Notes: generated by a model not told the origin, from the sequence alone. 64,000 nt of DNA from Bacteroidia bacterium (GCA_965216465.1 CBDCFW010000006.1:800001-864000); one strand, 5' to 3'; counted from the stretch's first letter, positions 19,701 to 29,912 are shown. A program made the numbers and translations.

Positions 19701-21428
19701 GTTTATTGGAGGTGTAGCATTGTAAACATAAGGCTCCAATCGAAGCGTTGTTCCAGCACAAATAAAGGTGTCAGGACCTAATGATAGGTTTGCTTCAAGC
19801 AAAGGAGGAACTACTAGGGTATCCAAATAAATTGAAGGACAGTTATTTGGTTGATTATTTATGGTATGTTTGATAATATAGGTACCTCCTCGTCTAAATA
19901 AGATGGTATCTTGTTTTTGAAAACTTAAGAATGTTGCCGTAGATCTGAATTTAGCGATCTTAGGATTGAACATAATGTTCGAGTTGCTATCTAAAATTTC
20001 CCATCTATAGGAAGGAGTTCCTCTAAAACCTGTGATTGGTAAACTTTCAAAAGCGTACTCACCACACGGTAAAGTATCAATATCTCTTTCTGCTTCGGCT
20101 CTATGCTTAACCTTTACTCTAAATGATCTCACCGTTACTGCATTTAGCGGACAGGCATTATCTCTTGCCGTGACCGTAAAGGTATAAGGCAGGTCTTTGG
20201 CGTGATTTAGACTTGGTGTCCAACAAAAACGCCCTGTCTGAAGTCTGGCTAGCGGATTAACTATCGTGAACGAGGCTCCTGGGATACCTTGATTCCAAGT
20301 AACTTTTACTGTATCAGGGGGAGGTGCTGTAGCAGGAGGAGGAGGAACATATACAATGTCGTTTGTCGTTACATTGAAGCATATCTGCGAACCGGCACAT
20401 ACGCTATACGAAAAAGGACCATTAATAATCGGGGGATTATTATCTGGGCAACTCATTACAATGAATTGCATGTCTCTTCGCGTTATTCCAATTTGTTTAT
20501 ATGTTCCGGTGCTGTCTTTCCTCCATTCAATCATCTGGACGACCACAACGGCCACTTCAGTACAGTTTACAGGAGTAAAAATTATATCTCCTGTTTCAGG
20601 ATTAAGGTAAGTACCTATTGGCGGTGTAGCATTTGGATTAGTGTAAGGATAATTCAAAGACCCTGGATAATATGTCGCAATTGGATTAAGGTAGGTTCGT
20701 GTACCGTTATAGTTACAAATCAAGTTTTGACCTCTATAAGCCGGAGCAAACGAATAAGATATAGAGTCTAAATCAGCAGTATCAACGGCACCATTGTTGA
20801 ACGAATAGGGTTGGTTACAACACAATATAGCAACCGGATCGTTAGAGAGGGTAGGAGACGAATTACATGGAGCCTGACAAGCATTTATTTCACAAGAAGT
20901 ATAAAATGATTGTTGGCTTTGCCCTGTGGTAATCCCTACATTTCGAACATACAGTAAAACGCTTATTTCAAAATCACAACATCCTCCAGAAATAGAGCTT
21001 CTTAAATCTACTCTTCCGGTAAAAGTGTGTTTTTCAATACCATAAGGAAACGAACCATTGCATGGCTGTTGACATCTACTTTTATCCGTTCTACACGTAG
21101 GAGTTATATCAATGATGCTTTGCCTCGTCATTGATATGGTATTTACGTTGGTTGATTGTCCAGATGTAAGACATTTAACACTTAGCGAAGTAGGTGCAGT
21201 TAAGCTGCTGCCACAATTTTCTGTTGTTCCACATCGTGGAGATTGACCTAAAACATAGCATCCGTTACAATCTCGATAAAAGTTAAATGTAATGTCGTAA
21301 ATACCAGCAGTATCCCCACAGGTATAAGAGATATCAGAACCAATAATGTGATCAGCATAGGTGTGCTTTCCAATAAAACTAGTTATTAAGAATAAGGTAA
21401 AAACTGATATTAGCCGAGAAAGCTTCAT
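16716..21428 (-). CDS. Large Cys-rich T9SS cargo with PKD domains and a gliding-motility-associated (type B, CHU_C) C-terminal domain
   Basis: Signal peptide; H..G.DI.Y....Y......YRDC.G N-terminus; Ig-like repeats; PKD WTMGEG/WDFDD; C-terminal YIPNAFTPD...N..F...IFNRWGE.....WDG.Y.G....DVY.Y...G.ITLVR. Start at ATG 21428. Confidence 0.88.
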   Translation of the reverse strand: MKLSRLISVFTLFLITSFIGKHTYADHIIGSDISYTCGDTAGIYDITFNFYRDCNGCYVLGQSPRCGTTENCGSSLTAPTSLSVKCLTSGQSTNVNTISMTRQSIIDITPTCRTDKSRCQQPCNGSFPYGIEKHTFTGRVDLRSSISGGCCDFEISVLLYVRNVGITTGQSQQSFYTSCEINACQAPCNSSPTLSNDPVAILCCNQPYSFNNGAVDTADLDSISYSFAPAYRGQNLICNYNGTRTYLNPIATYYPGSLNYPYTNPNATPPIGTYLNPETGDIIFTPVNCTEVAVVVVQMIEWRKDSTGTYKQIGITRRDMQFIVMSCPDNNPPIINGPFSYSVCAGSQICFNVTTNDIVYVPPPPATAPPPDTVKVTWNQGIPGASFTIVNPLARLQTGRFCWTPSLNHAKDLPYTFTVTARDNACPLNAVTVRSFRVKVKHRAEAERDIDTLPCGEYAFESLPITGFRGTPSYRWEILDSNSNIMFNPKIAKFRSTATFLSFQKQDTILFRRGGTYIIKHTINNQPNNCPSIYLDTLVVPPLLEANLSLGPDTFICAGTTLRLEPYVYNATPPINYQWSTMGVTDDGDFQFNVTSNFADTLEFFEIQVPANQVDTAVSIIITDQTGCTSEDTIQVFLKENPQAHLGPDIRLCTYDSTLIIPSYDTAYWVDRILMDTIRQGDTLWKEWYLNGGAIPFSYDDSVTINVRGEYVLKVYDSLGCFDTDTLFLFVNDTVTADAGPDQIHCFDDTVRLAAGGLDTMGNGKSGLYRWYDITSLPRLLLGTNSNYDFPAQTTTEYQLDLYVTEGGVECYDADSILVTVNPLPVIDIKGDKQVCCDYGPISMNFDINSPTGGSWSCWEFPFLVNANTFFTDSACGLINAPATNVRTYVTYGYTDPTTGCYNSDSLQIQVDALPNTYLNETVFCQDAEEVTLKDAVVVSPATYLGTPSWKCLDCNGNDFSNMLVDSGLVAGITDYRLRIGEDYYTLENPDKDTIVLEFTYVNERGCRSKDTVSMQIWRVPTITFSQMDPLCWNDGEVSLNLQSGVNLTDGVWSVVNDTTIGGTTYSNITNLGGLSADSINTFNSNTNGGEYYLRYTHTSTGCPVINDTILIINPLPTITIDPFDRQPPRYCEDMADVPLNVNPTGGTWTSTDPSAIVGGNSFSPGNATVHSSDIWFYYNYTSPSTGCQNVDSISAVVEPLPILSVPNDTVFCRPDGQMALDLNFGINASNHGGVGYYSTDLFGNKDRYTLAGDDQSVDVDIDLITDSAETFRVIVLATGLGSCSDVDDAFDIVVNPIPEADIIPSNPNGCNPVTSDFAVQINNKVNPNTANYAWTMGEGSTSNSPTPTATYTTDGTNNVTLTLTSDKGCVAVFNSSIDVYPLPTADFVPNPNNYTTAALPRFYFTDQSTVPNVLGSTITDHFWDFDDFNNRSGDKSTEKDPSYFYSADTATYHVKLVVTTNYGCKDSFYHPVVVGPDLIVYIPNAFTPDNSGPGQNEGFHAIISGEKTMDLIIFNRWGEIMFQTTEKDKKWDGTYKGLPAQQDVYAYQLKVIALNDKEYTYSGTITLVR

Positions 21429-21497
21429 AACACCAAGACACACAAATATACTAATGTGTTGCTCAAAATGCTCAAAAAATAAGGGGTTTCAGCTGCC

Positions 21498-22823
21498 TTA
21501 TTGCTCAATACTGACTTCAAAAACCATAGAATTAGGGATGACTTTATATTTTTCTGATATTCTATGACCAACAATCCAAATAACTTCTTGGCCTTTTGTA
21601 AGCAGTGGTGTATGGTGCCTGTCGAATCTATTTATCTTGTTATCAATGAAATAATCGCTAACTAATTTTCGACCCTTCATTCCTAAAGGATAAATAAAAT
21701 CGCCTTCTTCCCAATACCGAAGAGTCAGCGGAAAGTCTTGCTCTGTTAAACTAAGAAACTCCTTTAAAGATGAATCCTTTTTTTGTCGTTTGCTGACATT
21801 TTTGATGTTGAATGTTTTATCCGCTAGGGTATAACTACCTTCTTGCTGAATAGTTAATGAGTCTGTTGGAGGGGCAATATTTTCACGCAACAACATGTGC
21901 TTAGCTTGAATCAACAATTTGTGCGTTTTGGAGTGAAATATTTTACCCGGTTGGCCTTTTGTTACTGCAATTGCTTGTTTGCTTTGGGCGTGATTAAATC
22001 CAAAGCTGTCTAAAAAGCGATACAGAATAGCAGCCGGTTGTGGAAAACTTAAAAGGCGTTCAGTGTCAATGAGATATTCGGACGTATCGCGCTGAAAATC
22101 AACAATTAATTCCAGTTCTTTTTGAATAAGATAATTGTAGAGGTCATCTTGTTCTTTAAGAATCTCCATGCTCTTGGAAACCGATTCTTCAAATTCAGGA
22201 AGTTCATTTTTTACAGACGGGAGAACCTTATTCCGAATGATGTTACGCAAATACTTATTCGATGAATTTGAACTGTCTTCTCGATAGCTAATCTCTTTTG
22301 AGTTCACATATTCTTGAATTTCAGCAGATCGTATATTGAGCATCGGACGTAGAACGAAATCTCTTTTATCAGGGATTCCTTTTAAACCGCTTATGCCTGA
22401 AACTCTAATGAGGTTAATGAAAAACGTTTCGATTGAATCATCTTGGTGATGAGCTGTAATCAAGTGACTAAACTTACCACTTTGATACAATTCGTCGAAG
22501 TATTGATAACGCAAATCTCTTGCGGCTTCCTGAACAGACAGCTGATGTTCATCTTGATAAGCGATCGTATCAAATGATTGCGTATAGACTTCTTTACAAG
22601 CACTCAATTTGAGACCAAGATTTTCTACAAAAATTTGATCGTCATTGCTCTCTTTACCTCTCAAATTAAAGTTACAGTGAACCATCACAAAAGGAATATT
22701 AAGCTCGTTTAGCATGTAGGCACAAGCCACAGAATCTCTTCCACCACTAATGGCTAGACCAACAAGCTGTTCATTACTGTTTTGTAGATACTCCTCACAA
22801 TATTGTCGAAATCGATCAATCAC
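21498..22823 (-). CDS. tilS: tRNA(Ile)-lysidine synthetase
   Basis: AISGGRDS, HCNF.LRG.ES, TAHH.DD..ET, EDSSN....Y.RN.IR; TilS C-terminal domain. Confidence 0.95.
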   Translation of the reverse strand: MIDRFRQYCEEYLQNSNEQLVGLAISGGRDSVACAYMLNELNIPFVMVHCNFNLRGKESNDDQIFVENLGLKLSACKEVYTQSFDTIAYQDEHQLSVQEAARDLRYQYFDELYQSGKFSHLITAHHQDDSIETFFINLIRVSGISGLKGIPDKRDFVLRPMLNIRSAEIQEYVNSKEISYREDSSNSSNKYLRNIIRNKVLPSVKNELPEFEESVSKSMEILKEQDDLYNYLIQKELELIVDFQRDTSEYLIDTERLLSFPQPAAILYRFLDSFGFNHAQSKQAIAVTKGQPGKIFHSKTHKLLIQAKHMLLRENIAPPTDSLTIQQEGSYTLADKTFNIKNVSKRQKKDSSLKEFLSLTEQDFPLTLRYWEEGDFIYPLGMKGRKLVSDYFIDNKINRFDRHHTPLLTKGQEVIWIVGHRISEKYKVIPNSMVFEVSIEQ

Positions 22824-22914
22824 TGGTCTAAATTCACCACAAACTTAAAGAATTAGCAAGCTAATCGACTTAGAGTCTTCGTTTGTGTATTCGAATACAT
22901 AAAGAATAAGCTTC

Positions 22915-24459
22915 ATGTTTTACTATTGCAGAATCAAAATGATTAGACGGGTCGTACATATGCTGGGTGGCATTATTTGCCTAATGAGCCTAGGGAGTGT
23001 AGAAGGTTATGCTCAAGATTCTCCGCCTAAGAAAACAAAAATTGAAATTATTGGGGCCGATGAACTAGTCTATAATCAGCAAGTTGGTCGATACCAAATT
23101 TGCAGAGGAAATGTACGGTTCAAGCAAGGAGAAGTCTACATGGATTGTGATAGTGCTCGATTTTATGAAGAAATCAATCGTATTGAAGCATTTGGAAGCA
23201 TCTACATAAGGCAAAAAGATACCATGGACTTGTGGGGTGATTACTTAGATTATGATGGCGACTTACGTTTGGCGAATGTTTCTAAAAATGTTAGAATGAC
23301 CGACGGCACAATGACCTTGAAAACCGATCAAATTTCATACGACCTTGATCAAAAAATTGGTTATTATACCACAGGTGGACACATTGATAATGGAGAAGAT
23401 AAGCTATACAGCAAGAGAGGAACTTATTTCTCACGTAGCAAGGAATTCTTTTTTAAAGATAGTGTTATTCTAGAAAATAAGGACTACGTAATGACCTCAG
23501 ATACACTGAGTTATCATACCGTATCTAAAGTAGCAAGGTTTTATGGCCCGACCTATATCACCAGCGAAGAAAATACCATTTTTTGCAACTACGGTTGGTA
23601 CGATACGAAAAACGAAATTTCTCAGTTCAGCAAGGGAGCTTACATCGAAGGAAAGGAAAACAAACTGGAAGCCGACAGCATGATGTATTTTAGAAACACA
23701 GGGTTTGGAGAAGGTTTTGGAAATTTGAAGTTGACTGATACCGTTCAACAAGTGGTCATAACAGGCCAGTATGGGACCTATAATAGATTAGAAAAAATAA
23801 CGACAATAACCGGAGATCCACAGGCGACTAAAGAAATTGATGGAGATTTTATGTTTCTGAAAGCAGATACACTGATTGACATCAATGACTCGCTCGAACA
23901 TAGAAGTTTGCTTGCTTTTCATAATGTAAAAGTTTACAAATCAGACATGCAAGCAAAGTCTGATTCTCTCGCATACTCATTCTCAGACAGTACAATTCAC
24001 TTGTATACAGATCCTATTTTGTGGACCGATAGTAATCAAATAACAGGCGATACCATTATTATATTCAGAGGCGATAATGGTTTAGAAAAACTTAAAGCCT
24101 TCAATAATGGATTTGTAGCGGAAAAAGACATAAACGGCTTCTTTAATCAAATTGCTGGAAAAACCATTGATGCCTATTTCAGTTCAGGAGATCTAAATAG
24201 GATAGACGTGAAAGGAAATGGGCAAAGCGTTTACTATGCGATGGAAGATAGTGTGACTTATTCTGGTGTTAATGACGTGCTTTGTGGCAAGATGACTATA
24301 CGTATGGATTCTTCTAACCAAGTGAGAACCATAACCTTCTATAATCAGCCAAAATCTACCTTCTATCCATTGCAAAAATTTCCATCAAGTAAAAGTCAAT
24401 TACCGGGCCTTGAGTGGAGAACTAAGTTGCGTCCAAGAAGCACCGATTTCGCAAAATGA
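22915..24459 (+). CDS. OstA/LptA-like beta-jellyroll protein
   Basis: GNVRF.Q....CDSA, repeated ADS/SDT/GDT strands typical of Bacteroidota OstA_2 proteins. Start may be 22939. Confidence 0.82.
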   Translation: MFYYCRIKMIRRVVHMLGGIICLMSLGSVEGYAQDSPPKKTKIEIIGADELVYNQQVGRYQICRGNVRFKQGEVYMDCDSARFYEEINRIEAFGSIYIRQKDTMDLWGDYLDYDGDLRLANVSKNVRMTDGTMTLKTDQISYDLDQKIGYYTTGGHIDNGEDKLYSKRGTYFSRSKEFFFKDSVILENKDYVMTSDTLSYHTVSKVARFYGPTYITSEENTIFCNYGWYDTKNEISQFSKGAYIEGKENKLEADSMMYFRNTGFGEGFGNLKLTDTVQQVVITGQYGTYNRLEKITTITGDPQATKEIDGDFMFLKADTLIDINDSLEHRSLLAFHNVKVYKSDMQAKSDSLAYSFSDSTIHLYTDPILWTDSNQITGDTIIIFRGDNGLEKLKAFNNGFVAEKDINGFFNQIAGKTIDAYFSSGDLNRIDVKGNGQSVYYAMEDSVTYSGVNDVLCGKMTIRMDSSNQVRTITFYNQPKSTFYPLQKFPSSKSQLPGLEWRTKLRPRSTDFAK

Positions 24460-24487
24460 TTACCTTTGCACCTAATTAATTAAAATT

Positions 24488-25585
24488 ATGGGAAATTTAG
24501 CTTTACCAAAATTTAAGTCTGCAGCCGGAAGTAATTTCAGTCGTGAGCTTAGAGCCAACGTTGAGAACTACTTCAGACAGAGCAACATATCTAAGTTTGC
24601 AGATGGTCGACTTAAAGCAAAAGCTGCTATTTTACTAATTACCTTCTTTGGTACGTATGTAGCAATTTTAACCCTTGGATTGCCAGTATGGGCAATGTTC
24701 CTAATGTGCATCGTGATGGGTGTGTCTAAAGCAGGAATTGGAATGGGAGTAATGCACGATGCGAATCATGGTTCATTCTCTAAAAATCCAAAAGTGAACA
24801 AATTCTTCGGTAAATCTGCCGATGTTCTTGGAGTTAGCTCAAATAACTGGATTAATCAACATAACAAACTACATCATACCTATACCAATATTCATGGTCA
24901 TGATGAAGATGTTGATGGTAAAGGATTATTCCGTTTTACACCGGATGCTCCTCATAGAAAAATGCACAGATTTCAGCACTTTTACTGGACTATTTTTTAT
25001 GGTTTCTTAACACTAGGATGGTTCTTCGCTGATATCAAAGCGTATAAAAAATATCGAGAAAGAGGTCTAAACAGAAGTACTGGAAGTAAGAAAGCTAGAG
25101 AAATTAGCGAGATTGTATTCTTTAAGTTGTTCTACGTTGCCTACATGATAGTTCTTCCAATGCTTGTCTTAAATGTGAGCTGGTGGGTTGTTTTGCTAGG
25201 TGTTTTAACTGTAGAGTTCACGGCAGGAATGATTCTTTCTGTAATTTTCCAGATGGCACACGTAGTTGACAAGTTTGACCTGTCAAATCATGACAAGTTT
25301 GATGGTGAAACAAAAGACGAGTGGACTGTACACCAAATCAAAAACACTTTCGACTTTGCTGTAAATAACAAATTGATTACTTGGTATTGTGGAGGTCTAA
25401 ACTATCAAGTAGAACATCATTTGTTCCCGAATATTTCGCATGCTCACTACCCAAAATTGTATCAAATCGTTAAAGAAACTGCGAAGAAATACAATGTTGA
25501 TTATCAAGAGTTCAAAACGTTCAGAGCAGCATTCAGATCGCACTTAACTTTTTTAAGAAAGTTAGGTAAGCCTGTTTTAGCTTAA
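24488..25585 (+). CDS. Acyl-CoA/fatty acid desaturase
   Basis: His boxes HDANH, HNKLHH and QVEHH; TM helices; TACCTTTG -7 element at 24461. Confidence 0.92.
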   Translation: MGNLALPKFKSAAGSNFSRELRANVENYFRQSNISKFADGRLKAKAAILLITFFGTYVAILTLGLPVWAMFLMCIVMGVSKAGIGMGVMHDANHGSFSKNPKVNKFFGKSADVLGVSSNNWINQHNKLHHTYTNIHGHDEDVDGKGLFRFTPDAPHRKMHRFQHFYWTIFYGFLTLGWFFADIKAYKKYRERGLNRSTGSKKAREISEIVFFKLFYVAYMIVLPMLVLNVSWWVVLLGVLTVEFTAGMILSVIFQMAHVVDKFDLSNHDKFDGETKDEWTVHQIKNTFDFAVNNKLITWYCGGLNYQVEHHLFPNISHAHYPKLYQIVKETAKKYNVDYQEFKTFRAAFRSHLTFLRKLGKPVLA

Positions 25586-25706
25586 TCAGAAGCTACTATC
25601 CTGTACTATTTATAAAACACTTGCGTTTATAAGTATACGCCTTCTATTCCCTTAGTTACAAGCATTTACACGCTCTTTTGTAGAAAGGAATATTTATTGG
25701 TGTTTT

Positions 25707-28622
25707 ATGGTTAGAATGTTTAAGCAGGTAGTTTTATTAATATTGGTTTTATGTACGTCAGCATTGTTTGCTCCGCCAAACGATGTACAAAATCATATTT
25801 CAAAAACATGGGCAGAAAACACCTTTGATTCGTTAACCGTTGATGAACGAATAGCTCAGCTATTTATGATCGAAGTTCGTCCTACCTACGGAGCTAAACA
25901 CTTAGCAGAAGTCGAAAAAACCATTAAAAATCACCAAGTCGGAGGAGTAATCTTCTTTAAAGGAGACCCAACTCAACAAGTTAAACTTACTAATAAGTAC
26001 CAAGATCTATCTAAGACAAAAATGCTTGTTGCCATAGATGGAGAATGGGGCTTGGCCATGCGTCTTTCTAATACAGTCTCTTATCCTTATCAATTAGGTT
26101 TAGGAAGTATTCAGAACAGTCAGGTTGTATATGAAATGGGTAAGGAGATAGGGAGACAATGCAATCGCATGGGTATACATGTAAACTTTGCTCCGGTAAT
26201 TGATGTTAACAATAATCCAAATAATCCTGTAATCAACTACAGATCATTCGGTGAGAATCCAGAAAAGGTGGCTAAAATGGGATGGGCCTATGCTTCTGGA
26301 ATGCAAGATGCAGGAGTGGTTGCTTGTGCAAAGCACTTCCCAGGTCATGGCGATACAGATGTCGATTCTCATAAAGATCTTCCCGTTATCAATCATTCAA
26401 TGGAACGTCTACGAAAGGTAGAATTCGTACCGTTCCAGCATCTTACTAAAAAAGGTGTAATGTCGGTTATGACCGCCCACCTATTTATTCCTGCAATCGA
26501 TAACAGGAACAACATCGCCATTAGTATATCAGATAAGGCGATTAACGGAATTCTAAGACGTGAAATGGGATTCACAGGTTTGTCGTTTACCGATGCTTTG
26601 AACATGCAGGGCGTTGCTAAATATCATCCAGATGGTGAACTAGAACTAAAAGCTTTAGCGGCAGGAAATGATATTCTGTTAGCTCCTGGAGATATTCCAA
26701 AGGCAACTAGGTTGATTAAAAAAGCCATGAGCGACGGAGTGATTAGTGAAGAATATGTTTGGGGTAAAGTGCTTAAGATTCTAAATTATAAGCATGCTTT
26801 AGGACTCAATAAATTTGAAAAGCTTGATGAAGAAAATGTAGAGGAAGATTTAAATAATGCCCGAGCAAAGCATATCAATTATAAGCTAATAGAACAAGAG
26901 TTATGCTTGGTTAAAGACGACAATAAGATTGTTCCTATTCAACCACATAGCAAGAAGAAATTAATCTCGATTTCAATCGGTGAAGGTACTAAAACAAATT
27001 TTCAGAGAGAACTTGCGAAGTTTGGGGTAACAAAATTTCTTACCATCAGTAAAAATGCTTCAACTTCCCAATTCAATGCTTTGAAAGCTCAACTAAAAAA
27101 TTACGACTATGCAATTATTAGCTTGCACAATACAAGTAAATATCCACCAACATTTGGCATAACAAGTCAATCTAGCAAGTTTGTGAGAGAAGTAAATGCA
27201 TCAAACAAAACATTGCTTGTAAACTTTGGAAATCCATATAACCTAAAGAATTTCAACGGTCAGAAATCAGTGTTAATGGCGTATGAAGATAAACCTGCAA
27301 ATCATGTTAAAGCAGCTCAAGCATTGTTTGGAGTTATTGGGGTGAATGGAACTTTACCTATTACGGTAGGCGGTGATTTTCTGGTTGACATGGGTGTAAC
27401 TACAAAGCCTGTAAGTGAACTCAATGCAGGAATTCCGGAAGAGGTAGGAATGTCAAGTGCAAAGCTGAGCAAAATTGACAAAATCGCTAAAAGAGCCGTT
27501 CAAATTGGAGCTACTCCAGGATGTCAAGTTTACGTGGTTAAAGATGGAAGAGTGGTGTACAATAAGAGCTTTGGACATCATTCAACTAACAGTTCTAAAG
27601 AAGTTGAGAATTCAGACCTCTATGATCTAGCATCTATTACAAAAGTGGCTGCCACTACCTTAAGCTTAATGAAGCTTGTTGATGATGGGGAAATTGCACT
27701 CGATGATAAAATGGCCAAGTACCTTCCAGAGTTATGGGAAACTAATAAAGCGTACATCACCATTCGAATGGTATTGGAGCATAAGGCTGGTCTCAAACCT
27801 TGGATCCCATTCTACTATGAGACCATTGACAATCCAACTATTTATGATTCTGTGTACTCAACCACGAAAACAGACCTACACACAATCGACGTAGGTAATG
27901 GTATTTATATGCTTGAATCGTACAAAGAGCATATTTTCAATCAAATTTACGAATCACCGTTAGGTCCTAAGGGCAGATACAAGTACAGTGATTTAGGTAT
28001 GATTTTAATGAAAGAGCTTATTGAACGCGTTACAGGTACAAATTTCGAGAATTACGTAAATACCACATTCTATGCACCTCTAAACCTGCATAGGCTAACC
28101 TTTTTACCACTTGACAAGTATGAAAAACGCGAAATAGTTCCAACTTCATTAAGCCCAGATATGCGAAAAGGACTTGTACATGGTAATGTTCATGATCCGG
28201 GTGCAGCCATGTTAGGTGGAGTATCAGGACATGCAGGGTTGTTTGGAAATGCTGAATCACTAGCTATTCTTATGCAAATGATTATGAACGGAGGAACATA
28301 CAATAATGTACGATATCTTAAACAAGAAACCGTAGATCAATTCACTAAAAGGCAAGCTTCAGATTCGCGTAGAGGATTAGGTTTTGACAAACCTGAATTT
28401 AATAAAAGAAGAATTAATCCTGCATCAGATTATGCTTCAAGAGATTGTTTTGGGCATACCGGATTCACAGGCACCATGACCTGGGCTGACCCTAAGTACG
28501 ATTTGGTTTATGTTTTCTTATCAAACCGTGTATATCCCAACCAAGACAATAAAAAGTTAATTACAGAAGGCGTAAGAACCGAAATAATGGATGTTATTTA
28601 CCAAAGTTTTCTGTTTCACTAG
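25707..28622 (+). CDS. GH3 beta-N-acetylglucosaminidase fused to a beta-lactamase-like serine hydrolase (NagZ-AmiE type)
   Basis: D.EWG, RSFGE, KHFPGHG....DSH, TDAL.M; C-terminal ASITK (SxxK), YSD, GHTGFTG. Confidence 0.9.
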   Translation: MVRMFKQVVLLILVLCTSALFAPPNDVQNHISKTWAENTFDSLTVDERIAQLFMIEVRPTYGAKHLAEVEKTIKNHQVGGVIFFKGDPTQQVKLTNKYQDLSKTKMLVAIDGEWGLAMRLSNTVSYPYQLGLGSIQNSQVVYEMGKEIGRQCNRMGIHVNFAPVIDVNNNPNNPVINYRSFGENPEKVAKMGWAYASGMQDAGVVACAKHFPGHGDTDVDSHKDLPVINHSMERLRKVEFVPFQHLTKKGVMSVMTAHLFIPAIDNRNNIAISISDKAINGILRREMGFTGLSFTDALNMQGVAKYHPDGELELKALAAGNDILLAPGDIPKATRLIKKAMSDGVISEEYVWGKVLKILNYKHALGLNKFEKLDEENVEEDLNNARAKHINYKLIEQELCLVKDDNKIVPIQPHSKKKLISISIGEGTKTNFQRELAKFGVTKFLTISKNASTSQFNALKAQLKNYDYAIISLHNTSKYPPTFGITSQSSKFVREVNASNKTLLVNFGNPYNLKNFNGQKSVLMAYEDKPANHVKAAQALFGVIGVNGTLPITVGGDFLVDMGVTTKPVSELNAGIPEEVGMSSAKLSKIDKIAKRAVQIGATPGCQVYVVKDGRVVYNKSFGHHSTNSSKEVENSDLYDLASITKVAATTLSLMKLVDDGEIALDDKMAKYLPELWETNKAYITIRMVLEHKAGLKPWIPFYYETIDNPTIYDSVYSTTKTDLHTIDVGNGIYMLESYKEHIFNQIYESPLGPKGRYKYSDLGMILMKELIERVTGTNFENYVNTTFYAPLNLHRLTFLPLDKYEKREIVPTSLSPDMRKGLVHGNVHDPGAAMLGGVSGHAGLFGNAESLAILMQMIMNGGTYNNVRYLKQETVDQFTKRQASDSRRGLGFDKPEFNKRRINPASDYASRDCFGHTGFTGTMTWADPKYDLVYVFLSNRVYPNQDNKKLITEGVRTEIMDVIYQSFLFH

Positions 28623-28625
28623 GAT

Positions 28626-28641
28626 TTCGGCATTATTTTTG
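28626..28641 (+). promoter_or_regulatory. Putative sigma54-type promoter (TTCGGCATTATTTTTG)
   Basis: Same GG-N10-G geometry as 396-411 and 1049-1064, about 30 nt before the DUF4197 ATG. Confidence 0.4.
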
Positions 28642-28672
28642 GATTTCTATTAACAAACAAATTTCAAATCAT

Positions 28673-29398
28673 ATGAAAAAGACACTTATTGCATTGATGA
28701 TGATCTTCACACTTAGCTCGTGCAACGAACTGATAAAAGTTCTAGAAACGGCAAGTACGATTGAAGGGATAACAGAAGGAGAAGCAGTTTCAGGCTTGAA
28801 ACAAGCTTTAGAATTTGGCGTTGACAACGGAACCTCTTTTCTAGGGGCTAAAGACGGCTTTCTAAAAAATGCGGCATACAAAGTTTTAATGCCTGAAGAA
28901 GTAAGAGAAGCTGAACAAAAAATTAGAAACAATATGGTTGCAAATGCTTTAGCTGGACCTTACCTCGATAAAGTGGTTACTGCAATGAACAGAGGTGCTG
29001 AGAATGCCATGGCTGAAGCAAAGCCGATTTTTGTTAATGCCATTAAGCAAATGACGATAAAAGATGCAATCCAAATTGTAAAAGGAGGAGATGGTGCAGC
29101 TACAGATTACCTCAAAAGAGTTACTTCAGCACAGCTTAAAGAAAAGTTCACTCCAGTCATTAAAAACTCATTGGATGGTGTGAACATTAACGATCCTTGG
29201 ACTAAGGTTAGTTCTGCCTACAACATGGTAATGGGTAAACAAGTTGAGACAGATTTAAATGATTACGTAACGGATAGAGCTATGGATGCACTGTTCAAGC
29301 AAATAAGACAAGAAGAAGATAAAATCAGGGAAGACCCCTTGGCTAGAGTAACTCCTATTTTGAAAAAGGTGTTCGATTATGCCGATGAGTATAAATAA
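28673..29398 (+). CDS. DUF4197 domain lipoprotein
   Basis: Lipobox LSSC; GLKQAL..G, MNR.AE.A, AT.YL...T, IR.EE.KIR.DP..R.T.ILKKVF. Confidence 0.88.
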   Translation: MKKTLIALMMIFTLSSCNELIKVLETASTIEGITEGEAVSGLKQALEFGVDNGTSFLGAKDGFLKNAAYKVLMPEEVREAEQKIRNNMVANALAGPYLDKVVTAMNRGAENAMAEAKPIFVNAIKQMTIKDAIQIVKGGDGAATDYLKRVTSAQLKEKFTPVIKNSLDGVNINDPWTKVSSAYNMVMGKQVETDLNDYVTDRAMDALFKQIRQEEDKIREDPLARVTPILKKVFDYADEYK

Positions 29399-29912
29399 TC
29401 CTGAAATACATACAAATTGGAAAAAGCAACTGCTCTTGGTGGTTGCTTTTTTGATTTTAGTGCTTCCCAGTGCAAAGTTCAGCATTGAGCTGGGTAAAGT
29501 AGACTTCACCTTGCAAACGCTGGCTCTCGGAGTGGCATACACGCAATTGCGAAGAGGTTATGGGCTTCTTCTAGTACTTCTTTATATTGGTATAGGAATA
29601 GCTGGGCTAGATGTTTTCAGCGGAGGACAAGGTTGGGATTATGTAAGTTCAGACGCTCTGGGCTTTTTCATTGGTTTTGTTATAACATCCTTGCATCCAA
29701 AACCAACAAAAAAAACAGGAAGCATTTTTCTATACTTCCTGTTAATTCAATCGATTATTTTAATCATAGGATTTTATGTAATGGGCAAGTACAACGGCTT
29801 TATTCAGCCTTGGTTTCAAATTGCTAAACCCTTACTGCCTGGCCTAGTCATTAAAAGTATAATAGGCACCTATTTGGTCAACATACTTGACAAATATCTT
29901 AAGCTTCGATAG
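29379..29912 (+). CDS. bioY: Biotin transporter BioY (solitary S component)
   Basis: V.FTLQT, Y..IG..GL.VFSGG.G, GF.IGF. Confidence 0.75.
   Translation: MPMSINNPEIHTNWKKQLLLVVAFLILVLPSAKFSIELGKVDFTLQTLALGVAYTQLRRGYGLLLVLLYIGIGIAGLDVFSGGQGWDYVSSDALGFFIGFVITSLHPKPTKKTGSIFLYFLLIQSIILIIGFYVMGKYNGFIQPWFQIAKPLLPGLVIKSIIGTYLVNILDKYLKLR

Noticed and set aside
25707-28622. Beta-lactamase resistance gene
   Set aside because: The SxxK domain is the usual serine-hydrolase partner fused to GH3 NagZ in Bacteroidota, most consistent with peptidoglycan recycling.
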